From a virus, in the IMG/VR virus record IMGVR_UViG_3300042475_004151: a DNA stretch of 64,000 bases; one strand, written 5' to 3'. Positions 39,158-48,991 of this stretch are shown here, piece after piece. The stretch's first letter is position 1. Each line of letters opens with the position of its first letter. Below the pieces are notes generated by a model that did not search any database, was not told where the DNA came from, and saw nothing but the letters and a program-made list of their open reading frames with translations. Made by a program: the position numbers and the translations under genes.

Positions 39158-39346
39158 AATTATTTAGTTATATATTCTGGTATTAAAATATCTGCTACAT
39201 CATAAAAATCATTCCAATTTGGATTACGCATTACTGATATTATAAGTCTCATTTCTTCTATAAACAATTCACGTTTATTACCTTTTAATTCTATATCATC
39301 AGCTAAGTTTATAATTTCTTGTTCCATAATTATTTAGTTATATATT
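39155..39346. repeat. Perfect 22-bp direct repeat (39155-39176 and 39325-39346)
   Basis: cataattatttagttatatatt occurs twice. Confidence 0.9.
39160..39327 (-). CDS. Small hypothetical protein (MEQEIINLADD...YITK, 55 aa)
   Basis: Read from sequence; lies between the 22-bp repeats. Confidence 0.6.
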   Translation of the reverse strand: MEQEIINLADDIELKGNKRELFIEEMRLIISVMRNPNWNDFYDVADILIPEYITK

Positions 39347-40526
39347 TAACCAATTCTTTATTCAACATCATCAATTTAAATTTATTTGGATTACTATTAT
39401 AAATCGATTTAACCATATTATAACTTACATCTGTAGCAAATATTTTCTCGGTAACAATCTTACTTATACGTTCTATAAGTGGTTTTTCAATCGCGTTTTC
39501 TTTAGAATAAAACTCTAAATAGTTAGACAACCTAGTACCTAATGTTGAGGCGATATCTGCTCTATAATCTTTATCTTTACCAACTAAACTCTTAAGTGTA
39601 TTTGTTACATACTGTTCATCTTGACTTAAGATATTTTCTGGTGAAATCATCTTATCCAATTTATTATTAATAAACATTGTAAACAAAGTACTAAATTCAG
39701 TACCAACACTACCTTCTCCAATCATTTGAATTAATGGTAATGTATCTTCAAAACTCTTAATTGAACTAATACTATTAAAGAACATACTAACACTTCTACT
39801 ATTAACTTGTTTAGTAACTAGTTCTGGATGCATCAACATAAAGTTAATACAACGACCATCTAACTTATTTTCTTCAGCCCACTTACCCCAACATTTAAGA
39901 TCAAACTTTAAATTAACACTAATGAACCTCGTTTTTTGAGCGTTGTCAATACTATTAACTAAATAATCTCCATTATCAGGATTTGATGTAAGAATAATAT
40001 GCCAATCTTTAGGCAACTTCCAACTTATATATTGTTGTCTATCTATTAACTCCATTACAGCTTGAATAAATCTCATATCAGCTCTATTCCAATCATCTAA
40101 TAATAGAATACCACCATTTGATTTACCACTAATCCATTCAGGTGGACAATAACTCATACGATTCAAACCAGTTGATTCAAAACCTTTCTTACGATAGTCT
40201 TCAACTGAATTCTCATCTACCCACTCATTCTTATTTTTATCTTTCATTTCAAATTGACGAATTGGAAAACCAACCAAATCACCTATTTCTTCAATCTGTG
40301 CTAAGTTCAATTTAACAAAATTTAAATCTAATTCTTCAGCTAACTGAACAATAGCTGATGTTTTACCAATACCTGAGTCACCAACAACCTCTGTACTAAC
40401 CATTGGTTTATTACTTGACTGTAGATAACGATTATTATCAATAATGTGTTTTAGAAAATCTTTTAATTCATGTACATTCAGTGATACTGATGTGTTTGTA
40501 ATTTTTGTTGCTTTACTTTTTGCCAT
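39330..40526 (-). CDS. MoxR/dynein-related AAA+ ATPase
   Basis: GDSGIGKT, GDLVGFP, LLLDDWNRA, TSNP, AQKTRF. Confidence 0.85.
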   Translation of the reverse strand: MAKSKATKITNTSVSLNVHELKDFLKHIIDNNRYLQSSNKPMVSTEVVGDSGIGKTSAIVQLAEELDLNFVKLNLAQIEEIGDLVGFPIRQFEMKDKNKNEWVDENSVEDYRKKGFESTGLNRMSYCPPEWISGKSNGGILLLDDWNRADMRFIQAVMELIDRQQYISWKLPKDWHIILTSNPDNGDYLVNSIDNAQKTRFISVNLKFDLKCWGKWAEENKLDGRCINFMLMHPELVTKQVNSRSVSMFFNSISSIKSFEDTLPLIQMIGEGSVGTEFSTLFTMFINNKLDKMISPENILSQDEQYVTNTLKSLVGKDKDYRADIASTLGTRLSNYLEFYSKENAIEKPLIERISKIVTEKIFATDVSYNMVKSIYNSNPNKFKLMMLNKELVKYITK

Positions 40527-40574
40527 AATTTTATTTTTTATTTATACTTTAATTTACATTATTAATTAAGGTCA

Positions 40575-41816
40575 TTAAGAATTAATTTGTACTTTAGCTC
40601 CGGGCAATTCATTATTAATACTTCGTCCTGAACAATGAACCCATAATGTAGGCTTACATGGTTGTGTTCCGACATTACATTCACCATCAGTTAGATAAAT
40701 TAAGTTTTGATATTTATCTTTATTATCCCATAAATAATCAATTACTGGTTCATAACTTGTACCACCTCTACCTGTTACTTCTAAAGCTTCTTCACTTTTA
40801 CCTTTATATTCATAAACACGACCAATTGAAGCGTCACATTCAATAACAGTCACTTGTGTACCTGTCTTCCATATATGATATATTTCACTTAAAAATTCTT
40901 TTAAATCATCTTTACTAACTGAACCTGATGTATCAATAGCAACTAATGTATTTTTCTTTTGTTTAATTTTAAGAGCTGGATTACCATAAAAACGTTTATT
41001 TGGTTTACGTCTTGTTTTCTTAGTATAAACTTTAGATGCCATACCATTAAAACGTCTTAGATAAGCTCTCCAATCAATAACTGCTTCTTCACTTACATAT
41101 AAATTATCAATTAATTCTTTCAACTCACCAGGTATAGTACCTCTTTGTTTTTGTACTTGTTCAGCTACATCTTTAAGTTGATATTCAATTTGTTTCTCCA
41201 TCAATTTCTTTTCTGCTTCATCCATACCCTCAAATTGTTTCCAAAACTCATGAGACGCTTTAATAGTTACTTTTGTACCATCTCCTAATGTTATTTCTCC
41301 TTGCATACCACCATTATTAGCTTCTTTCATTGCATCTAACATCTTACAAATATCTCCATCTGGATTGTCTTTACATTCCTTCATAAGTAACTCATAATAC
41401 TTTCTAGTACCTGCTTTTAAAGGCATATTCAATTCTTTAAATGGAGAGTTAGTTATTTCTAAACCATCCCAAGTTTCATCTTTGTATTCGTCTTGAATAT
41501 ATTGATTTATTTCAATATCAGCAGCTACATTCAACATTTCTTTTTCTGCAAACTCGTCAAACATTTGTAAGTGTTTAAATGCTATATGTAACAATTCATG
41601 TTTCAAAACAGCTACCTTACATTTATCACCTATTGATTCCCAAAATGTAGGACTAATAACTAACTTAGTATTAATACCATCTCTAGCTACACATGCAGTT
41701 GAAACAGCATCATTTATTTCTTTATTAAGACCAATTAAAAACAAACCATAAAACGGTTCTTTAAACATTAGCGTTTTTGAGTGTTTAGCTATTTCACTAT
41801 GCATGTCTGATATCAT
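40575..41816 (-). CDS. Metallopeptidase-like plus VWA domain protein (DUF2201 type)
   Basis: LKHELLHI, NVAADIEIN; MIDAS motifs AIDTSGS, GRGGT, YLTDG. Confidence 0.85.
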   Translation of the reverse strand: MISDMHSEIAKHSKTLMFKEPFYGLFLIGLNKEINDAVSTACVARDGINTKLVISPTFWESIGDKCKVAVLKHELLHIAFKHLQMFDEFAEKEMLNVAADIEINQYIQDEYKDETWDGLEITNSPFKELNMPLKAGTRKYYELLMKECKDNPDGDICKMLDAMKEANNGGMQGEITLGDGTKVTIKASHEFWKQFEGMDEAEKKLMEKQIEYQLKDVAEQVQKQRGTIPGELKELIDNLYVSEEAVIDWRAYLRRFNGMASKVYTKKTRRKPNKRFYGNPALKIKQKKNTLVAIDTSGSVSKDDLKEFLSEIYHIWKTGTQVTVIECDASIGRVYEYKGKSEEALEVTGRGGTSYEPVIDYLWDNKDKYQNLIYLTDGECNVGTQPCKPTLWVHCSGRSINNELPGAKVQINS

Positions 41817-41841
41817 ATATTATAATTTTATTTTAAATTAA

Positions 41842-42990
41842 TTATTTAGCCTCGGTCGAGAAAACAACATCCACAATCGCTTCAGCAGCTGAATTACTTA
41901 ATTTGAATTCACGATTAATATTATCTAATAAAAACTTTCTAACAATATCACCTTCTTTACCCGTTTTAAAATTAAGTCTCAACCCAGTACCAAACGATTT
42001 CCAATCTCGTTCCCACATTATACTCTTAGTTCTTAGTAGTTTTAATAGTCCTTTAAGGTTGGAATTATTATTTGTATAGTAACTAGGTCTGAATTTAGTT
42101 GTGTGGAACATTTCATTTAATAGGAATGCTATTGTTAATAATGTTGATTGATTTAGAACTAAATTAGACATCATTTCAAAACCTAATTTAATATTAGTTT
42201 CATCTTTACTAAACAACATATCTCTAAGTGTTTGAAGATATTCATCATCCAATTCAATTCCTTCCTTATTCAATTCAACAAATAAGTCTTCATCAAAAAC
42301 AAACTTAACATCACCATTAATGATATCATCAATTTGACTACATATCAACATCATTAATTCAACTAATTTATTTTCTCTATATGTTTTGAAAATTATCCCT
42401 TCAGTTGTGTGTATGTTATTATTATATATTTCTCTAACTCCCTGTTGTTTCTTTTCTAACTGTGGCCAATTAATACTTCCCATTCTACTAATATCCACAT
42501 AGGCTATATTACTTTTATCCTTGCTATTACTTATGATATTTAAATTTGTCTCATCATTTGAATTATTTCTTTTATCAAAAATAGATGTAACTTGTTTATT
42601 AAGAAAATCTTCATTAACAAATAAATGATTACCAAAATTTAATTTTCCAATTATATCATTAAAATAACCTTTATTTACTATAATAATATCTGCGGTATTT
42701 ACTTTAGATGTCTTCTTAAAATTATTTTCTTTAATATATTCTTTTAATTTGAAACGTGGTATTTCACTTGCTCTAGAAGCATATACAATACAATTCTTTT
42801 TTATAATTTTATTATTACTATTGCTAATTATTTTAATAGCATTTTTTAATTTAGTACTATCTACACTATTAATAAAATAATCTTCATTTCCCCAATAATG
42901 TGATGGTTTAAAACCTATACCAGTTAAGGTTTTATTTGAATGATAACTGGACCATTCTCCAAAAGTGACTGATGTTATTCTGTTTAACAT
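41842..42990 (-). CDS. Hypothetical protein, possibly with a BRCT-like segment
   Basis: ORF; IPRFKLKEY..ADIIIV. Confidence 0.65.
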   Translation of the reverse strand: MLNRITSVTFGEWSSYHSNKTLTGIGFKPSHYWGNEDYFINSVDSTKLKNAIKIISNSNNKIIKKNCIVYASRASEIPRFKLKEYIKENNFKKTSKVNTADIIIVNKGYFNDIIGKLNFGNHLFVNEDFLNKQVTSIFDKRNNSNDETNLNIISNSKDKSNIAYVDISRMGSINWPQLEKKQQGVREIYNNNIHTTEGIIFKTYRENKLVELMMLICSQIDDIINGDVKFVFDEDLFVELNKEGIELDDEYLQTLRDMLFSKDETNIKLGFEMMSNLVLNQSTLLTIAFLLNEMFHTTKFRPSYYTNNNSNLKGLLKLLRTKSIMWERDWKSFGTGLRLNFKTGKEGDIVRKFLLDNINREFKLSNSAAEAIVDVVFSTEAK

Positions 42991-43035
42991 ATTTTTATAT
43001 TTTATTTTAATTTAATAATCGAATTGAGGTTAAAA

Positions 43036-43860
43036 TTATTCACTATCTTCTTCTTCATTTACAATTGAACCATAGTATATATGATCACTTTGTAACTCAT
43101 AACCAAACTTCATATCAACATTACCATTTCTATTCTTCATAAAGTTCATATATGTTCCACCACCATCACGATCACTTCTTCTTCTCATCTCCATCATTGC
43201 GTCTGTCATGTGTTTCAATTTATTTGAACCTACAAACTCACCTGATTTAGTTACTTGTTGAATTAATAAATGTGATGTGAATTTATCTTGTTTATTTTCA
43301 CCTTTATTATTCTTAACACATAAATCAACTAACCATGATTCAGCTTGTTTACGATCCCATTTATTATCATCTCTAACACCTTCTATTATTTCAGCAATTG
43401 AATCTATTAATACTAAATCCCAACCCATATCCATAACTTGTTCAATAACATCTTTTGTATTATGTTCTAAATAATCAGACATAAACAATGTTTGTATTTG
43501 ACCAAATTGTGGAAAACGTTGTGTATATTTAAACATTTGTTTTTTACCCATTTCACCTGAAATGAATAAACATTTTCTTCCACGATTTTGAACACCTGAT
43601 AAAACATCTAATAGTACAGTTGTTTTACCTACTCCTGGATCCCCTATACACATAATATTTGTAGCACATGGAACACCACCTTCGTGTGATATTAAACTAT
43701 CAATTGACATACCAGTTTTCATAGTTTCCATCATTCTTGGATCAATATCTAAATTATTCAATTTTATGATATCAAAACTAATTGGATTTGAAGTAGTAAC
43801 TGTAAAATTTGCTACTTGTTTTTTTGATGGTCTGCCTCTTTTTTTCATAATTGTGTTCAT
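43036..43860 (-). CDS. RadA/Sms-like RecA-fold ATPase with N-terminal AT-hook
   Basis: GDPGVGKTT, FISGE, LIDSI, QVTKSGEFVGSNKLKHMTD, KNR; start moved to ATG 43860 because a promoter copy occupies 43879-43905. Confidence 0.8.
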   Translation of the reverse strand: MNTIMKKRGRPSKKQVANFTVTTSNPISFDIIKLNNLDIDPRMMETMKTGMSIDSLISHEGGVPCATNIMCIGDPGVGKTTVLLDVLSGVQNRGRKCLFISGEMGKKQMFKYTQRFPQFGQIQTLFMSDYLEHNTKDVIEQVMDMGWDLVLIDSIAEIIEGVRDDNKWDRKQAESWLVDLCVKNNKGENKQDKFTSHLLIQQVTKSGEFVGSNKLKHMTDAMMEMRRRSDRDGGGTYMNFMKNRNGNVDMKFGYELQSDHIYYGSIVNEEEDSE

Positions 43861-43878
43861 ACTTTTTATTTTATCTAA

Positions 43879-43905
43879 TAAATTTAACGTGTCAGTCGCG
43901 GTCAA
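43879..43905 (-). promoter_or_regulatory. Early-type promoter TTGACC-N13-TAAATTTA
   Basis: TTGACC GCGACTGACACGT TAAATTTA. Confidence 0.75.
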
Positions 43906-43909
43906 TCAA

Positions 43910-43969
43910 TTATTTATTTTCACTTAATAAACTATACATCAACAAAAACCATAATATTATAATAACCAT
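43910..43969 (-). CDS. 19-aa hydrophobic peptide MVIIILWFLLMYSLLSENK
   Basis: Promoter copy at 43993-44019 and A-rich leader upstream; stop lies just before the next promoter. Confidence 0.5.
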   Translation of the reverse strand: MVIIILWFLLMYSLLSENK

Positions 43970-43992
43970 ATCTCTTATTTCTTATTATATAA

Positions 43993-44098
43993 TAAAGATA
44001 GCAAGGGAGTCCGGGTCAATAAAGCCGAACTCCCGAAGATTCACCAAATTGTGATAAAGTTATCAAAGGAGTCCGGGTCAATAAAACCCGACTCTCTC
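43993..44098 (-). promoter_or_regulatory. Two tandem promoter copies, each inside an inverted repeat
   Basis: TTGACC CGGACTCCCTTGC TATCTTTA (43993-44019) and TTGACC CGGACTCCTTTGA TAACTTTA (44055-44081); gggagtccgg...ccgaactccc stem. Confidence 0.75.
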
Positions 44099-44115
44099 TT
44101 ATAAAACGTTATAAA

Positions 44116-44307
44116 TTAATTATTTAGAAATTTATATGTACTATAATCATACTGTTTAATTATATCCATCGCGTTTATTATAGAAGATCTATCCTGATAT
44201 GATTGAGATACATTTAATTCTTTCATCCATATTTGAAAGTTTTTATCTCCCATTGTTTTGTTTCTTTCTTTTTCGATTTGTTCTAATCGTTCAACTGTAA
44301 TGTTCAT
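44116..44307 (-). CDS. Small hypothetical protein (MNITVERLE...)
   Basis: Re-started at ATG 44307 after leader AAAATTAAAGGTT. Confidence 0.65.
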   Translation of the reverse strand: MNITVERLEQIEKERNKTMGDKNFQIWMKELNVSQSYQDRSSIINAMDIIKQYDYSTYKFLNN

Positions 44308-44323
44308 AACCTTTAATTTTAAA

Positions 44324-44488
44324 TTAAGAAAATAAATACTCAGCACACTCTGCATGCCTAGACATATTCATGTCATTAAAAACTTCAGTTACAACTGTTG
44401 GATTAGATATTTTAGTTAATTCTAAAACTTCTCTAACTACTGTAGATCCAAATACAGCTACTAGACAATACATTTTATTTAAATCCAT
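44324..44488 (-). CDS. Small hypothetical protein (MDLNKMYCLV..., 54 aa)
   Basis: Read from sequence; not in the track. Confidence 0.55.
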   Translation of the reverse strand: MDLNKMYCLVAVFGSTVVREVLELTKISNPTVVTEVFNDMNMSRHAECAEYLFS

Positions 44489-44612
44489 GTTATTAAATTT
44501 TTATTCGTAAATTGTTATTGAACCGTCTTTATTTAACTTTAATCGTGATCGATGATATTTAGGCTTTTTACCTTTATATTTCACAATTATAATCTTTGGT
44601 TCTTCTGGTTTA

Positions 44613-45577
44613 TTATTTTTTAAGTTGTTCTTCACAAAATTCAATTAATTTTTTAGCTGTTTCTGATTCAATATCTAATTCTTCTTCATCACTATTCATG
44701 ATTATCCAATCATTAGTCAATTCTCCTTCAGCAAAGTGAATCCAATATTCTTCTCCTTTCCAATCAATTAACCATTTTCCAGTTATATATTGAGCATAAT
44801 CAATTACTTGCATTTCCATAAACTTATTTTTTAACATATATAATATTCCTTTAACATATCACTTTCAATAAGTTGCTTAATTTGTTTTTTAAGCTCCTCA
44901 TAATCAGCAGGTTTAGCTATCTGCCAAATTTCTAAAGTAGTATCAACGTGATCATCTTCTTGAAATATCTTAACACAAACCTGTTTACCTAAACATTCTT
45001 CTAATGTATAATCAAAATCCATAATCTTTATTTTATTTTTATTATTAACGAATTCTTCTTACATCTGCTACTTTTGGTTTAGCATCATCAATATCCTTCT
45101 TAGCTCTACTTTCAGCATTCTTACGTTCCCAATATTTAAATTGTTCTGCAAGTGGTAACATTGTGGGTTCAAAATCTGGATGAGTCTCACTCATTTCTTG
45201 TTTGTTACGCTTAGCTGTTTTTTCAAACTTACTAATCATTCTTTCTTGGTCGGAGTTCTTGTCGTAATAAAATCCCATACTTTTTTAATTTTTATTTATG
45301 ATTAAAGATAATAAATTAATTTCGGTTAATAATCTCCATATCTAGCAAAGGCACGCTTAAAATTCATTTCATGATTCAGCTTATCTTCTTTAAGTCGCTC
45401 CTTAAGCCATTCTTGATATTTAGCTAACTTATAAACCTCCTCACTAATCTTATCACTTAACAAATTTAAACGTTCACTCATACCAGGACTAAAATCTCTA
45501 CGATTAATAGTCTCAACACAATAATACAAATCATTCAATTCTTGTTGACTAAGTTCTATTCCGACTTTTTTGCTCAT
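44613..45577 (-). CDS. Four small hypothetical early genes (44613-44837, 44831-45022, 45045-45278, 45326-45577)
   Basis: Track ORFs with A-rich leaders; promoter copies at 45303-45329 and 45595-45621. Confidence 0.65.
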
Positions 45578-45621
45578 GTTTTCTTATTTATATATGAATA
45601 TACTAAACTAATTAGGGTCAA

Positions 45622-45765
45622 TTAAACATAAAACGTAACTAAATATTTACCATTTGGTGTTTTTCTATAACCAGCTTTAATTTTAGCAGCTGCTAATTTT
45701 GCTAACACCTCAGCTAATTCTTCTTGAGTATCAATTAACTTTCTAAATTCTTTAACGTTTATCAT
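45622..45765 (-). CDS. Small hypothetical protein (MINVKEFRKL..., 47 aa)
   Basis: Lies between promoter copies 45784-45810 and 45595-45621. Confidence 0.65.
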   Translation of the reverse strand: MINVKEFRKLIDTQEELAEVLAKLAAAKIKAGYRKTPNGKYLVTFYV

Positions 45766-45806
45766 AACTTTTTATTTATATAGTAAATATAGTAAATTAA
45801 TTTGGG

Positions 45807-46995
45807 TCAGTTGGATTTAGCGTTTTTTCTTGGTTTTTTAACCATACTACCACTCACCTCACTCACAAGTGAAGGTATTGTTTGACCAACTCCAAGTTGT
45901 GTTTTAAACCATATCAAACCATCCTCCACTTTAATCACTTGATATTGGGTTTCATCTTTCGCGATTTTAATCCACGAGTTAATAGGTATATCCATATTAA
46001 GCGGCTTTTTTATTGTTAACAAATGATTTACAAGCGTGTGTTTTCGCGTTTACTTGATTCCAAATGTTCCAATCAATCATTTTTGAAAATGCCTGGTGCA
46101 TATCACCTACAGTTATACTTTCTAAAATTGCCTTATCAATTGAATACCATTTACCACCTTTAGTTGTCAACACATGAAACCAATATGATCTACCTGATAT
46201 TAATCTTTCAACTTCAACTACAGTTGTGTGTTTAGATATATACCAAGCTAAATCTTTACCCGCACAACTTACATCTTTAATACATTGAAAACCTGCTTTT
46301 GCTTTTGCGGTCATTCTAAAATTGTAAACAATATCTTCTTTTAATAAATTTGACACACTAATATCCTGACCATTGATTCTAATTGAACCGTAAAAAATAT
46401 CACTTGTTAAATTTCCGGTGTTTACTTTGATTAAATTTTCCATAACTTTTAATTTTTATTTATATCTAAATATAGTAATTAAGTTGCGGTCAATTACCTA
46501 TAGTGTATAGTTACCCTTGTACACTTATACCCATATGAAACTGTTTCATATAATTTGACATCTAATGTTGGGTCAAGTGATTTGATATAGTTAAAAACTT
46601 CTACTGCATTAATAACCCTGATTTTAATTCGGCGGGTGCCGGATTTATAAAGGTCATTGTAAAACGCAAAATTTTCTCCAAATTTGTTTCTTAAAACAGG
46701 TCTTAATGTTTTCCAATTCATAATCTTAATTTTTTATTATAATTAAATATAGTAAACAAGTTGCGGTCAATTAACAACCGGCCATTATTTCATTATGCTC
46801 ATCAATCTGGATTTGAATATGCCTAAATGAATCATAATTGTATGTAGTATCAAACCACTTACTATTATCATCCCAACCTTTGGGAAACATAGGTGCCAAA
46901 TCACTATCGGTAACTTTTGGGTTAATTAATTTGATAATCGCATCAAAATGGTTTTTTGGTAAACTCACTAAACTCTCTAATTTTTCTTTATACAT
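45807..46995 (-). CDS. Four hypothetical early genes (45807-~45995, 45997-46443, 46494-46721, 46771-46995)
   Basis: Track ORFs; promoter copies at 46467-46493, 46744-46770 and 47018-47044. Confidence 0.7.
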
Positions 46996-47030
46996 AACTC
47001 TTAATTTTTATTATACCTAAATATACTGAA

Positions 47031-47189
47031 CTAGTCGCGGTCATTCTTCCATTTCTTAGCACCATCCTTAGATAGTTGTTTTTTCTTATCTGTGACTACT
47101 TTAGATGTAAATCTTCCATCATACGCTCCTTGGCTGACCATATCTCGGCGCTTAAAACTTAACTCAATATTTTTACTCTTATTTTTCAT
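47031..47189 (-). CDS. Small basic protein (MKNKSKNIEL..GAYDGRFTSKVVTDKKK.., 52 aa)
   Basis: Re-started at ATG 47189 just downstream of promoter copy 47195-47221. Confidence 0.6.
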   Translation of the reverse strand: MKNKSKNIELSFKRRDMVSQGAYDGRFTSKVVTDKKKQLSKDGAKKWKNDRD

Positions 47190-47271
47190 ATAATTAAATA
47201 TAGCTAATGAGTCGCGGTCAGTAAAATAGCCGACCATAATTGGCCGGCTATACACAGTATAAAAATTTATA

Positions 47272-47379
47272 CTATCTAAATTGCTTTAATATCGCGTTGT
47301 TTTGATCAATACGCTTCTTATGCTTCTTACCATTCTGTCTGGATTTCATTGGACGCCAAGTGTGTTTCGCTTTAGCCAT
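47272..47379 (-). CDS. 35-aa highly basic peptide MAKAKHTWRPMKSRQNGKKHKKRIDQNNAILKQFR
   Basis: Read from sequence; late motif at 47395-47402. Confidence 0.55.
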   Translation of the reverse strand: MAKAKHTWRPMKSRQNGKKHKKRIDQNNAILKQFR

Positions 47380-47411
47380 GATTATTAATTTGGCATAAAT
47401 ATATACTTTCT

Positions 47412-47642
47412 CGTCGATGTAAAAATCCTAAAAAGAAGAGATTTATAATATTGAGTACTTGTGATGAAAATGGTTATATATAAGTATATATGCGTCGATG
47501 CGGAGATCTGTTTAAGATCGGTGAATACAGCCCCTTTTTACACGGGTCAACCACTGACGTCGATGGACCTCTATTACCGGGGGTCCTCTAACATCCCTTC
47601 ACCTCTAACACCCGCGTTAGAAATCTTCTTCTGCCTCTAACA
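47412..47642. repeat. Mostly non-coding block with 3x CGTCGATG, 3x CCTCTAACA and a GC hairpin
   Basis: CGTCGATG at 47412, 47493, 47558; CCTCTAACA at 47585, 47602, 47634; ggacctct..gggggtcc stem at 47565-47586. Confidence 0.7.
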
Positions 47643-47862
47643 TCTCATCTATATCTAATGATCTCTCATATACACCAGCATCGATATCACCAATTAGTGT
47701 TTCCATTTCGTTTAATGCCGATTCGAGTTTAGATACTACACCATGATAGCTATCATCAATCAAAGCCTGGTTATCAGTGTTTCTTAGTTCACCGTCTAGA
47801 TTCTCATATAGCTCCTGTAGTTCAGCTTTCATCTCGTTGAGTTGTTGCTTAAGTTGATCCAT
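47617..47862 (-). CDS. Small acidic coiled-coil protein
   Basis: Track ORF. Confidence 0.65.
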   Translation of the reverse strand: MDQLKQQLNEMKAELQELYENLDGELRNTDNQALIDDSYHGVVSKLESALNEMETLIGDIDAGVYERSLDIDEMLEAEEDF

Positions 47863-47949
47863 TGTATTATTTTTGCTTATACATATGTTAAATAAAAATT
47901 GGGAGTAGCACCAACACCACCCCCAAGCGTGAACACTTGTTCCCCGTCT

Positions 47950-48183
47950 TTAGATTGTCTCGTCAGCCGTCACTTCAGCCTTAGGCGCCTTAGACTTAAC
48001 AGTCTTCGTTTTAGCTACTACATCCACCTGGATTGTAACTGGATTCTTTGGACGGCCACGTTGTATTGTTCCGCCAGCTGCTACTTTAGCTGCACGCATC
48101 GCTAATACTGCCTGGCGCTTAGAACCTTCTACTGTTGGACGACCACGCTTTACTGATACTGTTTCTGTGTTTGTTTTAGACAT
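47950..48183 (-). CDS. Small basic DNA-binding protein with two AT-hooks
   Basis: KRGRP and RGRPK, Lys/Ala-rich tail; start moved to ATG 48183 (promoter at 48229-48255). Confidence 0.7.
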   Translation of the reverse strand: MSKTNTETVSVKRGRPTVEGSKRQAVLAMRAAKVAAGGTIQRGRPKNPVTIQVDVVAKTKTVKSKAPKAEVTADETI

Positions 48184-48260
48184 AACCTTGATTTTTATTG
48201 TTTGTGTTATTAAATACTTATTTATAATTAAATATACTATTCGTTTTCGGGTCAATCAAA

Positions 48261-48521
48261 TTAATCAACGTGCGCTTCATAATCTGGAATGAATTGTATA
48301 TGTGTTGCTATATCACACTCCATTGCTCTGAACAAATCAATTGTTCCATATATGCGTTCGAATATCTCTTCTACTATATCTGTTCTGATCATACCATCCA
48401 CTGTCCACGTATGTGAACTAAACTTATCTAATAATATGCTCGCTATGTCTTCATAGTCTCTATTTGTTAACCACTCGCATATTTGATTTAAATCCATCCT
48501 ATTATTTGTGTAACCGTTCAT
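48261..48521 (-). CDS. Small hypothetical early protein
   Basis: ORF with promoter copy 48543-48569. Confidence 0.65.
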   Translation of the reverse strand: MNGYTNNRMDLNQICEWLTNRDYEDIASILLDKFSSHTWTVDGMIRTDIVEEIFERIYGTIDLFRAMECDIATHIQFIPDYEAHVD

Positions 48522-48573
48522 ATTTTAAATTTTTATTATAATTAAATATAGTGATTGTGTTGCGGTCAGTCAA

Positions 48574-48666
48574 TTATTTGATCCACGTCTCATAGAACGC
48601 TTTTGCTACTACATAACCGATTATACTTACTACACTTACTATTACTGCTTCTACTATTGTTATCAT
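48574..48666 (-). CDS. 30-aa single-pass membrane peptide MITIVEAVIVSVVSIIGYVVAKAFYETWIK
   Basis: Own promoter copy at 48685-48711 and A-rich leader. Confidence 0.6.
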   Translation of the reverse strand: MITIVEAVIVSVVSIIGYVVAKAFYETWIK

Positions 48667-48760
48667 GTGCTTCTTATTTATAACTAAATATAGCATAGGG
48701 GTTCCGGTCAACCGCCTTAGCGGTCGCCGGACACCCTGCATTAAATCTGGCAGTACTTGA

Positions 48761-48991
48761 TTAAGCGAATTGCTCGTTCTTCTGACGTCTGCGAGTCAAC
48801 ATGTACATGGTATTTGCTACCGCGTCTGTTACTCTACGTGCACCACTGATCATGTTTGAGATGTGGCTAACTGAATACCCAGTCTCGTCCGCGATGCGAG
48901 TCACGTCGCCAGTGCGCTTACGATGAGTAAAAAAAGACAATTTCGCTGTACGGTTGAGGTAATTAGCCCTCACTTTTGTTTGATAACTCAT
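48761..48991 (-). CDS. Small helix-turn-helix DNA-binding protein
   Basis: DVTRIADETGYSVSHISNMISGARR. Confidence 0.7.
   Translation of the reverse strand: MSYQTKVRANYLNRTAKLSFFTHRKRTGDVTRIADETGYSVSHISNMISGARRVTDAVANTMYMLTRRRQKNEQFA

Noticed and set aside
47524-47550. TTGACC at 47545-47550 as another early promoter
   Set aside because: No TAnnTTTA box at the 13-nt spacing, so it was not counted.
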